Source of the DNA: Ranitomeya imitator
Taxonomy: Eukaryota
DNA length: 64,000 nucleotides
Assembly (NCBI RefSeq): GCF_032444005.1
Contig: NC_091290.1
Coordinates: 133,176,001 to 133,240,000, forward strand
Direction of reading: 5' to 3'
Made by a program: the position numbers and the translations under genes. The notes below the pieces were generated by a model. It had not been told where the DNA came from, made no database searches, and saw only the letters and a program-made list of their open reading frames with translations. This document shows, in pieces, positions 1 to 17,558 of the stretch. How positions within the stretch are numbered: position 1 is the first letter of the stretch; each line of letters starts with the position of its first letter.

Positions 1-8
1 GGTGATAT

Positions 9-62
9 ATAGTTACATAGGTTGGAAAAAAGACCCCGGTCCATCAAATTCAACCTTCCACT
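9..62 (-). mobile_element. CR1 LINE 3'-end fragment
   Basis: ATAGTTACATAGGTTGGAAAAAAGACCCCGGTCCATCAAATTCAACC resembles the CR1 tail at 35343-35390 (GTAACATAGTTAGGGTTGAAGGAAGACTTTAAGTCCATCTAGTTCAACC). Confidence 0.6.
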
Positions 63-69
63 ACCTCTT

Positions 70-1680
70 GTCGTCCCCACTGCTCCCAGTACATATGCCT
101 GCGGTCCCCACTGCTGCCGGTATGGAAGCCTGCGGTCCCTATTGCTCCCAGTAGGGATTCCTGGGTCCCCATTGCTCCCAGTATGGATGCCTGCGGTCCC
201 CACTGCTCCCAGTATGGAAGCCTGCGGTCCCCACTGCTCCCAGTACATATGCCTGCGGTCGCAACTGCTCCCAGTACATATGCCTGCGGTCGCCACTGCT
301 CCCGGTACAGATGCCTACGGTCGCCACTGCTCCCGGGACATATGCCTGCGGTCGCCACTGCTCCCGGGACATATGCCTGCGGTCGCCACTGCTCCCAGTA
401 CATATGCCTGCGGTCCCCACTGCTGCCGGTATGGAAGCCTGCGGTCGCCACTGCTCCCAGTATGGAAGCCTGCGGTCCCCACTGCTGCCGGTATGGAAGC
501 CTGCGGTCCCCACTGCTCCCAGTATGGAAGCCTGCGGTCCCCACTGCTCCCGGTACAGATGCCTACGGTCGCCACTGCTCCCGGGACATATGCCTGCGGT
601 CGCCACTGCTCCCGGGACATATGCCTGCGGTCGCCACTGCTCCCGGTACAGATGCCTGCGGTCGCCACTGCTCCTGGTACAGATGCCTGCGGTCGCCACT
701 GCTCCCAGTACATATGCCTGCGGTCCCCACTGCTGCCGGTATGGAAGCCTGCGGTCCCCACTGCTCCCAGTATGGAAGCCTGCGGTCCCCACTGCTCCCA
801 GTATGGAAGCCTGCGGTCCCCATTGCTCCCAGTAGGGATTCCTGGGTCCCCATTGCTCCCAGTATGGATGCCTGCGGTCCCCACTGCTCCCAGTACGGAA
901 GCCTGCGGTCCCCACTGCTCCCAGTACATATGCCTGCGGTCGCCACTGATCCCAGTACAGATGCCTGCGGTCGCCACTGCTCCTGGTACAGATGCCTGCG
1001 GTCGCCACTGCTCCCGGTACATATGCCTGCGGTCGCCACTGCTCCCAGTACATATGCCTGCGGTCGCCACTGCTCCCAGTACATATGCCTGCGGTCGCCA
1101 CTGCTCCCAGTAGGGATGCCTGCGGTCGCCACTGCTCCCAGTAGGGATGCCTGCGGTCGCCACTGCTCCCATCATGGATGCTTGCGGGCGCCACTGCTCC
1201 CAGTACGTATGCCTGCAGTTGCCACTGCTCCCAGTAGGGATGCCTGCGGTCGCCACTGCTCCTGGTACAGATGCCTGCGGTCGCCACTGCTTCCAGTAGG
1301 GATGCCTGCGGTCGCCACTGCTCCCAGTAGGGATGCCTGCGGTCGCCACTGCTCCCAGTAGGGATGCCTGCGGTCGCCACTGCTCCCAGTAGGGATGCCT
1401 GCGGTCGCCACTGCTCCCAGTAGGGATGCCTGCGGTCGCCACTGCTCCCAGTAGGGATGCCTGCGGTCGCCACTGCTCCCAGTAGGGATGCCTGCGGTCG
1501 CCACTGCTCCCAGTAGGGATGCCTGCGGTCGCCACTGCTCCCATCATGGATGCTTGCGGGCGCCACTGCTCCCAGTACGTATGCCTGCAGTTGCCACTGC
1601 TCCCAGTACATATGTCTGCGGATGCCACTGCTCCCAGCATTGATGCTTGCGGTCCCCACTACTCCCAGTACGGATACCTG
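70..1680. repeat. 31-bp minisatellite (about 50 copies) in CDK10 intron 1
   Basis: Unit ATGCCTGCGGTCGCCACTGCTCCCAGTAGGG with variant tails (TACAT, TATGGA, TACAG). Confidence 0.95.
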
Positions 1681-1904
1681 CCGTCCTCGATAGGGAGAGG
1701 CCTGACTAGTCTGAGGCCGAACCCCTGCAATTTGTCTCTGCCCCGATTCTCTTGACAGACAGGTCTTTCCCTATACGCACACACAGGTGTTTGGTTTGGT
1801 CAGGTTCCCTTTAAGTAAGCTCTGGTACACTGTAACGCCCTGCTGCTGCATATTATCATGTGTTACATTTTAGATCCCATATAATGAATAGAATTTTTTT
1901 ACAG

Positions 1905-8365
<6,461 letters not shown>

Positions 8366-8831
8366 CAGCACCGCGGGACGCATGCAACGCGAGACTCCAC
8401 AGCAGGCTGCAAGCGGAGCCCCGGCTCATCATCAGCCCGGTACAGCAGGATCATGGACGGGCGACCCCACTGTATGTGACCAGGAGAGGGGCAGCACCAG
8501 GTGACGGGGACACGTTCACCCCCCGCTGGGGGCAAAGCAAGAGAGCTAAAATCTCATATATAATATATAAATGACAGCACTAGAGATTATAAAGAGCCCA
8601 AATATCTCTGCGCTTCTAATAGACTTTTAGCTCTGATTTTTTTGCCCTGGTTCACACTGAGCATAAAACAAATGTCTCCAGGAACCTGGCACTGCAGACT
8701 ATGCTTCATCTACCATTACCCAACTTTCTAGATAGGTTGTATTACTATATTTGTCCTGATCCTGAGTTACAGCCACCATTACACTCCAGAGCTGCATGCA
8801 CAGCTTAGCGGAGCCTATCTTCATAAACACA

Positions 8832-9270
8832 AGTAATGTATAGTATGTACACAGTGACTGCAACAGCCGAATAGGGAGTGCAGCTCTGGAGTATAATACA
8901 GGATGTAACTCAGGATCAGTAATGTAATGTATGTGCACAGTGACTGCACCAGCAGAATAGTGAGTGCAGCTCTGGGGTATAATACAGGAGGTGACTCAGG
9001 ATCAGTAATGTAATGTATGTACACAGTGACTGCACCAGCAGAATAGTGAGTGCAGCTCTGGGGTATAATACAGGATGTAACTCAGGATCAGTAATGTAAT
9101 GTATGTACACAGTGACTGCACCAGCAGAATAGTGAGTGCAGCTCTGGGGTATAATACAGGATGTAACTCAGGATCAGTAATGTAATGTACATAGTGACTG
9201 CACCAGCAGAATACTGAGTGCAGCTCTGAGGTATAATACAGGATACAACTCAGGACCAGAACAGGATGTA
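8832..9270 (+). repeat. 86-bp satellite, array 1 (about 5 copies)
   Basis: Unit GTAATGTAATGTATGTACACAGTGACTGCACCAGCAGAATAGTGAGTGCAGCTCTGG(A/G)GTATAATACAGGATGTAACTCAGGATCA. Confidence 0.95.
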
Positions 9271-10029
9271 ATTTACATTCCTCAACAATAAAATTGCAAC
9301 ATCTAGAAGCAAAAGTTTGAATTAAGACTTGAGGGATCCAGCTACCATATATTACGCCTCCCCACACGATATTCCCGGGACTAGTATTGGTGTGATGGTC
9401 CCTTGTTAAGGCCTCTCCATGGCGTGGTGGTCTCCAGCTTTATTTCCAGCTATTATTGGGTCGAAGACAGAAGCAGGACTCATCGCTGTAGAGAATAGAC
9501 CTTCCTTCACAGCCTCCATTGCCGTCTTGCTCTGCACCATGATGGAGTGGGTGCAGTGGAGCACCTGTAGCTGGACTTTGTCTCGTAGCCCAATCCTGTG
9601 CAGACGCCTTCTGATGGTTCTGTTGACTCCTTACACTTGGGATGTGACATGTAACTTCACTTGCAGCACAGAATGGACCAATCTTGGAACCAGAGTTACT
9701 ACTATTCCTCCAACATTTCTCAGTAGCCGTTTAACACCAGACCCCATGTCACTCGTGCTACTGTGAGCTGCCTGTCTGGCCGAAATGTGGTGCCATGGCC
9801 TGATCACACATGGTGCACTCACAAGAACAGGGAAGATATCAATAGTGGCACCATAACGACCAATGTGCAGGTTTGTTTGGATTAAATATCAATAGCAAAC
9901 TGCACTAATCTTCTCTGCCATAGTTCCGGTTAGCCATTATCATAGTTTTTATATACTGCCAGCAAAGTCAAAGGCATAAAATCTAAGAAATCCAAAGCCT
10001 TAGAGATACAGACGGAGGTAACTCTACAT

Positions 10030-10215
10030 CAGGGGTGTCAAACTGCATTCCTCGAGGGCCGCAAACCATGCGTGTTTTCAAGATTTCCTTAGCATTGCAC
10101 AAGGTGCTGCAATAATTATGCATGTAGGTGATTAAATTATCACCTGTGCAGTACAAGGAAATCCTGAAAACATGACCTGTTTGCAGCCCTCGAGGATTGC
10201 AGTTTGACACCCCTG
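10030..10215. mobile_element. hAT-type MITE
   Basis: TIRs CAGGGGTGTCAAACTGCA / TGCAGTTTGACACCCCTG; perfect 8-bp TSD CTCTACAT (10022-10029 and 10216-10223). Confidence 0.88.
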
Positions 10216-11121
10216 CTCTACATTGTACTAAATAAAAGTGGATCTTCCCTACAAGATCTCATCATTGGCTTGGTGCATCTGAACGAGGGGATTTCTGCCA
10301 TACATCCACTGCCCCCCATTGGATTGCTAGGAATAGTTTGCATATAGAGGACACGCGGACTAAAAGAAGAACAGAACATGGGATTTTTACCATTGGTTTT
10401 ATTGTAGGTGCTCGGCCACTGTGTAAGTTTTGATCACATATTTGGGGGAAAAAAATAAAAATCATTTATAACTACTAATTTAATCGACAGATGACAGCAG
10501 GGTTACTGGGTGAAGCCATATTGTAATTTTACGTAAATATTCTTGGTTTATTATGCATTGCTTATGTAGCGCCATCTTATTCGGCAGCGCTTTACTTACA
10601 TTATAATGACGGTATTTGCTTCATAATAGGAAGTTTGACCACCAGGAAGGCCGATAAGACAAAACTGTAATACCGCACTGTAGATCCTGTGGAGCTGAAA
10701 TGCCGAACGAGAGTTGAGCAAAAAGAGTCACAGGATCCTGATCCATCAGCCACTTCCATAGTCTGTGTCCCCCCCTGAACAGAGCCTTGTGTACCTCCTC
10801 TCACTAGCTGCTGTCTGTCATGCTCGGCGCCTCTTCTGATTAGTTGGCTGCGATGTAGACATTGTGCTGGGGTACTAACCAGTAGAGGCGGCAGGTAGGA
10901 TGAGCCTCCTGGAGCTGGAGGCTACCAACGCGGCAATTTGACCAGAATCCTGCAAATCTTTTTACTCCATTTTTTGCTGGGGGGGGGAGGGGGCGCATTT
11001 TGCACCCATGTCTAAATAAATACAGGGTCCTAATTCACCATTGACGACATTTTGGAAGTTCCTTTTTTTTTGTCTTGTGTTATCCCCTGCATTTCATAAA
11101 TCTGTGTCAGATAGCGAAATA

Positions 11122-11939
11122 CCGTATATACTCGAGTATAAGCCGAGATTTTCAGACCATTTTCTTTAGGCTGAAAGTGCCCCTCTCGGCTTATACTCGG
11201 GTCATTGTCCTTGGGGGCTCGGCGGGGAGGGGGAACAGCAGCTGTAACATACTCACCAGCGTTGAGCAGTCACATGGTACCGCTCATCACAGTTATGAAT
11301 ATGGACACAACTCCTCTCCCATAGGAGTGGAGCTGCATATTCATTACTGTAATGAGCGGTACCGATGACCGCTCAATGCTGGAAGAAGCTGTCAGCGCAT
11401 CAGGGAAGCAAGCTGCCAGGGACCGCATCGGGAGCAGGTGAGTATAATGGGGAGGGGGAGCACGGAGATATTCAACTCTCCTCGTTCCACCGACGGGCGC
11501 CATCTTCCTGTGACGCTCAGGTCAGAGGGCGCGATGACGTGGTTAGTGCGCGCCCTCTGCCTGAGCGTCAGTGCGGAGGACGGGGAAGACACAGCGGCGC
11601 CCGGCGGTGGAACGGGGAAAGATGACTATAACAAGTGCCGGGGGCCTGAGCGACGAGGGGGGAGTATGTCATTTATTTTATTTTTTTTTTTTTAATCGCA
11701 GCAACAGCATATGGGGCATAATAGTCTAAGGAGCATCTTATGGGGCCATAATCAGCATTTGTGCAGCATTATATGGGGCAAATATCTCTATGGAGCATCT
11801 TATGGGGCCATAATCAGCATTTTTGACATTTTCCGGTAGCTGCTGCATTTTTCACCCTAGGCTTATACTCGAGTCATGACGTTTTCCCAGTTTTTGGTGG
11901 CAAAATTAGGGGTCTTGGCTTATACTCGAGTATATACGG
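11122..11939. mobile_element. Tc1/mariner-superfamily (Tc2/pogo-like) non-autonomous element
   Basis: TA|CCGTATATACTCGAGTATAAGCC ... GGCTTATACTCGAGTATATACGG|TA; TA TSD; additional internal subterminal copies of the TIR core. Confidence 0.85.
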
Positions 11940-12186
11940 TAAGTGAAAAGATTTAAAAAAAAACAAAAAAAAAATAAAAAATCAATTTTTCCAGAAAAAC
12001 AGCAATGATGAATCGGGGGTCCACAGACTTTTTGAATTACAGTGGCGAGGAGAGGCATCACATAGCACGCAGTGACCTGCAGAGGGTCCTTGCGCCACCT
12101 CCCCTCATTTTTTCCTGTAGTGCCCCTGGCGTAGGCAATGTGATCTGACTATGGAATTATTCTGCGCCTTTGGACAGACATGGCTC

Positions 12187-13533
12187 TTACCCGCAATGAC
12201 TTGCTGGGATATTCCTACAAAGTAATGTGAGGTCCATGGAGCTGCGCTGAAGCCATAGCCGCTGGTCTTTCTCCAGCATAATCATGCTGGCGCTGTGGCC
12301 ATGGCTGCGGCACTGCTCCACCTCCTTGCACTTGATGTAATGAAGCTGGCGGCAGTACGTGCAGCGGTAATGGGGCAGCTGTCCCGGCTGCAGGCAGCAG
12401 TGGAGCTGGTATTGCCTCCTCTGCTCCTCCATCACCGCTTGGACCTTCTCGGATGCGGTCATCAGGGATACCCGGTGTCTCTTGTCTCTGCACACTTTCA
12501 TCATGGAACACAACGAGCCGTGGAACATGTTGCACTCCGCGCAGCAATGCTCTAAAAAGTTTTCTACAAATACACAGTCGTGCATGATGAAGTCCACGTG
12601 TGGTACCTGGGTGTGGCATCGCTCATCCTCCCGATGGTCAACGACCATCCGACAGGACCCATTTACATGCTGAGCAAAGGGCTCATGGCAGCAGTCACAA
12701 AACTTAGGTTGGTAGAAAACGTCACCATTGGAAGCTCCCAAGACGCAATCTGCCGAAGCGAGGGTCGTTCTCTGTTCTAACACCAGTTTTTGCAGTCTTT
12801 CCATGCAGGCATCTTCACCCCGCCAGCTCCTTCTTTCTTGGATCAGGTCAGCGCCACACACCAGGTTAGATCCGGAGCAAGATACCAGGTCAGATAAGAT
12901 GTGACACTCCATCTGAGCCGCTAGGAAGCCGAGAGCAGCTGTAGCCAGAGTCTGTGGTGCCGGTAGGACATGTATCTTAAGGGAGGTGCCGTCTTCTTCT
13001 GGCTCGTAGTTTAATCTTCTGAGGGCTCGGATTATGGCATCCGGGGGTAGGGCGGCCTCCAGGGTGTGCACGTAATATCCAGAGTAGGTCTGGTGGGTGG
13101 GAGAGAGGAGGAAAATAATGAGCCATTACAAGAAAGCACATAGAATAGAAATGTGATGGACAGGTACCAGGACGGAGGCGGCACCACTCCACCATTACAC
13201 CCCGGAGTGCAGCACATGGCGGCTCCTCACCTTTATAGTATGAAATTCTCTCCGCCATGGAGTACAGTAAAGATGGAGCGCTGCCTGCTCCAGGGCCTGG
13301 AAGGCCAAAACCAGATGCTGTAGTGTGAGGAGCAGGTCAGCTCCGTCCTGGAGTCCGCAGCCGATCAAGGGGAAGGCATCATTCTGGAGATTATTGTGCA
13401 GGTCCGGCTCCTCCAGAATCCGCTGTCTCACCAAATCCATGATGCGGTTATCTGTGCATGGAGCAAGCGATCCGGCAGAGGAGGCGCCGAGCAGCCAGCT
13501 GGTATACTGAGCCAGGAGCGAGTCTGCACTCAT
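12187..13533 (-). CDS. SPATA2L: Spermatogenesis-associated 2-like protein (N-terminal PUB-like domain, Cys/His-rich C-terminus), 401 aa
   Basis: Two coding exons: 13533-13231 (MSADSLLAQY...ALEQAALHLYCTPWRREFHTIK, AAG|GTGAG donor) and 13089-12187 (CAG|ACC TAC: TYSGYYVHTLEAALPPDAIIRALRRLNYEP...TAA). The PWRREFHTIK/TYSGYYV junction is typical of SPATA2/SPATA2L; the position next to CDK10 favours SPATA2L. Confidence 0.88.
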
Positions 13534-13929
13534 TCTGGGGGGAAAGGGAAGACGTCCAGTAATGCTGCACCGCTATGTGAGCATCTGTTACAGCGTCACC
13601 TCCCTGTGCTGCAGAGGCCTCAGTACTCCACGTCTGTGCTATAGGTGTCCTGAAGACGTCCCAAATCCAAGTCTACACCCTATCGCCTGCCCTGGGACAC
13701 CTCCACGCCCCTGCTGACTGTCACCTCCCTCTCCTGCGCACCCTGATGACTCCCGTCAATGCGCAACCTGCTGCTTCCCTCCCCTGTGCACCTAGACTTC
13801 GCCTCAACATACCCTGATGTCTCCCCCACCGACTTCACCAGCACTACCTGACATCCGCCCCCCGCGCACCCTGACGCCTCCCTCCCCCGCACTACCTGAC
13901 ATCCCTCCCCCGCACTACCCGACATCCCC

Positions 13930-14930
13930 CGTGCACCCTGATCTTTCCATCTATAGTGCACCCTGATCCGTCTCCCTCCCCCGCGCACCCTGATCCTTCC
14001 ATCTATAGTGCACCCTGATCCGTCTCCCTCCCCCGCGCACCCTGATCCTTCCATCTAGAGCGCACCCTGATACGTCTCCCTCCCCTGCGCACCCTCCTCC
14101 TTCCATCTAGAGAGCACCCTGATCCGTCTCCCTCCCCCGCACACCCTCATCCTTCCATCTAGAGCGCACCCTGATCTGTCTCCCTCCCCCGTGCACCCTG
14201 ATCCTTCCATCTAGAGCACACCCTGATATGTCTCCCTCCCCCGCACACCCTCATCCTTCCATCTAGAGAGCACCCTGATCCGTCTCCCTCCCCCGCACAC
14301 CCTCATCCTTCCATCTAGAGCGCACCCTGATCCGTATACCTCCTCCGCACACCCTGATCCTTCCATCTAGAGAGCACCCTGATCCGTCTCCCTCCCCCGC
14401 GCACCCTGATCCTTCCATCTAGAGAGCACCCTGACCCGTCTCCCTCCCCCGCACACCCTCATCCTTCCATCTAGAGCGCACCCTGATCCGTATACCTCCT
14501 CCGCACACCCTGATCCTTCCATCTAGAGAGCACCCTGATCCGTCTCCCTCCCCCGCACACCCTCATCCTTCCATCTAGAGAGCACCCTGATCCGTCTCCC
14601 TCCCCCGCACACCCTCATCCTTCCATCTAGAGCGCACCCTGACCCGTCTTCCTCCCCCGCACACCCTCATCCTTCCATCTAGAGTGCACCCTGATCCGTC
14701 TCCCTCCCCCGCGCACCCTGATCCTTCCATCTAGAGAGCACCCTGACCCGTCTCCCTCCCCCGCACACCCTCATCCTTCCATCTAGAGAGCACCCTGATC
14801 CGTCTCCCTCCCCCGCACACCCTCATCCTTCCATCTAGAGAGCACCCTGATCCGTCTCCCTCCCCCGCACACCCTCATCCTTCCATCTAGAGAGCACCCT
14901 GACCCGTCTTCCTCCCCCGCGCACCCTGAC
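13930..14930. repeat. 52-bp C-rich minisatellite (dimer of about 26-bp subunits) in SPATA2L intron 1
   Basis: CACCCTGATCCGTCTCCCTCCCCCGCACACCCTCATCCTTCCATCTAGAGAG; degenerate related copies extend back to about 13680. Confidence 0.92.
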
Positions 14931-15138
14931 GGCTGTCAATCAGGGAACGTTTAATAGAGTTTAGAGGGTTTTTAGACCTACAAGCATGTAATTTCCCCCT
15001 CTCACCACTAGGTGCCCCCTAAACGCTCTCACCTGCCGAATGACCACGTCAGATACCGACTTCCCGTGACTGCGCTCGTATTAAGAGAAGTGAAAGTCTC
15101 TACTGCTCCGACACACAGACTGAGACATGGCGAGAAGA

Positions 15139-15153
15139 GCGCCCTCTAGTGAC
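15139..15153 (-). promoter_or_regulatory. CTCF-type motif (reverse orientation)
   Basis: The reverse complement reads GTCACTAGAGGGCGC, a near-consensus CTCF core. Confidence 0.45.
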
Positions 15154-15185
15154 CGTGCAGCCCGCAGCGGCCGCGTCCTCCTCAC

Positions 15186-15275
15186 CTGCTAATCGCCATT
15201 CTTACGTCCGGGGTGCGTCCTCCTTATAGGACATCGCCGGCTGACTGACGTCATGAGCGCTTCGCTGATTGGTGG
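15186..15275 (-). promoter_or_regulatory. Probable SPATA2L non-coding exon 1 and promoter (CRE and CCAAT motifs)
   Basis: Minus-strand CAG|GTGAGG donor at 15186/15185 pairs with the acceptor one base before the ATG (13534). Palindromic TGACGTCA at 15246-15253, ATTGG at 15268-15272, CpG-rich context. The transcription start site cannot be determined from sequence. Confidence 0.6.
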
Positions 15276-15390
15276 ATTATTTCATATCTGTGTGTTAATT
15301 GGTGGACAGCTTTTTTCTTCAGCACGAGGTCTCCGTGTCACTACTCTGAGGAAAAAGAGGAAGCAGCGGAGTGTGTGAGTGCGAGAGGCC

Positions 15391-15440
15391 GGTGCGGTGC
15401 GGTGCTGTGCGGTGCGGTGCGGTGCGGTGCGGTGCGGTGC
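15391..15440. repeat. (GGTGC)10 pentanucleotide repeat
   Basis: Ten tandem GGTGC units, one of them variant. Confidence 0.9.
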
Positions 15441-15635
15441 TGGCGGGAGACGGGGAGCACAGCGACTGTACGGAAATACTAGACACACATTACATTACCG
15501 AGCCTGTATAAATATGTGGTAATAACTCTGGAATTCTAAAACAAATTATAGTCATTTTGAGATTGTTTTTTTGTGACACGTTATTATACTTTATGTTAAT
15601 GGTAAATTTAGGTCACTATGTTTTGTGTTTATAAA

Positions 15636-16679
15636 CTAGATGGTGGCCCGATTCTAACGCATCGTGTATTCTAGAATATGTATTTATGTATGTATATAGC
15701 AGCCACATAGTATATAACACAGGCCACGTAGTATATAGGAGCCATGTAGTATATAACACAGCCCATGCAGTATATAGCAGCCACGTAGTATATAACACAG
15801 CCCACGTAGTATATAGGAGCCATGTAGTATATAACACAGCCCATGCAGTATATAGCAGCCACGTAGTATATAACACAGCCCACGTAGTATATAGGAGCCA
15901 TGTAGTATATAACACAGCCCATGCAGTATATAGCAGCCACGTAGTATATAACACAGCCCACGCAGTATATAACACAGGCCACATAGTATCTCACACTGCC
16001 TATATAGTATACAGCACAGAGCCACGCGGTATCTAACACAGCCCACGTAGTATACAGCAGTGTGGGCACCATATCCCTGTTAAAAACATAATTAAAATAA
16101 AAAATAGTTATATACTCACCCCCTGGGATCCACCGAAGCTCCGGCGATATACGCGCGGCTGCCGCCATCTTCCGTTCACAGGATGCATTGCGAAATTACC
16201 CAGATGACTTAGCGGTCTCGCGAGACCGCTAAGTCTTCTGGGTAATTTCGCAATGCATTGCCGGGAACGGAAGATGGCGGCAGGCGCGAGCGCATCGTCG
16301 GACGACGGAGGATGAGAATAGCAGGTTTTTTGTTTTTTTATTTTTAACATTACGTTTTTTTACTATTGATGCCGCATAGGCAGCATCAATAGTAAAAGGT
16401 TGGGGACATATAGGGTTAATAGCAGCGGTAACGGAGTCCATTACCGCTGTCATTAACCCTGTGTGAGCGGTGACTGGAGGGGAGTATGCGGGCGCCGGGC
16501 ACTGACTGCGGGGAGGAAGGAGCGGCCATTTTCTTCCGGACTGTGCCAGTCGCTGATTGGTCGTGGCTGTTTTGCCGTGACCAATCAGCGATTTGGATTT
16601 CCATGACAGAAAGAGGCCGCGACCAATGAATATCCGTGACAGACAGACGGAAGTGACCCATAGACAATTATATAGTAGA
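15636..16679 (-). mobile_element. Non-autonomous Helitron-like element
   Basis: The minus strand starts TCTACTATATAATTGTCT and ends ...GATGCGTTAGAATCGGGCCACCATCTAG|T, with a subterminal hairpin and no TSD. It contains an internal minisatellite (about 15690-16060) and long palindromes (e.g. about 16185-16257). Confidence 0.72.
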
Positions 16680-16749
16680 AAATATCAAAAATTTGACTAA
16701 AATGTAAAAAAAAAGTGCTATTTTCAAACTTCACTCCAGATAGTCATAC

Positions 16750-17311
16750 CGTATGCAGCATCAATAGTAAAAAGATCTAATGTTACAAATAATAATAAAA
16801 AAATACGTTATTCTCACTCTCTGACGGCGCGCCCTGTTCTCGGCAGTGCAAGCGGCAGGTTCCGGGGCCAAGGATGCTATGCGAGAAGGACTTTCCATGA
16901 CGTCACAGTCATGTGACCGCGACGTCATCACAGGTCCTGCGCTCATCCAACCCTGGGACCGGAAGCTGCCGAATGCACCGCACACAGGCGCCAGGACTTC
17001 AGGGGGCCTTCGGAAGGTGAGTTTATGTTTATTTTTTATTTTAAGTCTTTTTTTAACCACGCATATAGTGCCCACATTGCTATATACTACGTGGGCTGCG
17101 TTACATACTGCGTGGGCAATGTTATATACTGCGTGGCCTGTATTATATACTACAAGGCTGCTATGTACTACGTGGGCAATGTTATATACTGCGTGGCCTG
17201 TATTAACACATCGGGTATTCAGGAATATGTCCCTGTGCTATGTACTATGTGGCTGCTATATACATACATATTCTAGAATAACCGATGCGTTAGAATCGGG
17301 CCACCATCTAG
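16750..17311 (+). mobile_element. Second Helitron-like element of the same family, 5'-truncated, opposite orientation
   Basis: Ends CCGATGCGTTAGAATCGGGCCACCATCTAG|T at 17311. Shares the GCAGCATCAATAGTAAAA segment and the GTAGTATATA-type repeats with the 15636-16679 element. Confidence 0.68.
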
Positions 17312-17334
17312 TACACACACACACACACACACCC

Positions 17335-17520
17335 TCACCTACTGTATCCTCACCCATCCCTTGTAGACTGTGAGCCCTCGCGGACAGGGTCCTCTCTCCT
17401 CCTGTACCAGTTGTGACTTGTATTGTTCAAGATTATTGTACTTGTTTTATTATGTATACCCCTCCTCACATGTAAAGCACCATGGAATAAATGGTGCTAT
17501 AATAATAAATAATAATATAC
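17335..17520 (+). mobile_element. L2 LINE (or L2-derived SINE) 3' end
   Basis: TTGTAGACTGTGAGCCCTCGCGGACAGGGTCC...TGTAAAGCACCATGGAATAAATGGTGCTATAATAATAAATAATAAT: a terminal stem-loop followed by an (AAT)n tail, as in L2 3' ends. Confidence 0.7.
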
Positions 17521-17558
17521 AAAAGTGATACCATTTTAAAAAACACACATATTGAAAA

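Noticed and set aside
22-1659. Overlapping 110-506 aa ORFs on both strands
   Set aside because: They are translations of the 31-bp minisatellite, cycling through all frames, inside CDK10 intron 1.
12187-13071. 294-aa ORF as a stand-alone intronless gene
   Set aside because: It is the last exon of SPATA2L. The 'M' is a GTG, and the exon begins at the 13089 acceptor.
15636-17311. Single 1.7-kb TIR DNA transposon
   Set aside because: No TSD or transposase. Each end is a Helitron-type hairpin plus CTAG|T, and the left element has its own TC 5' end.
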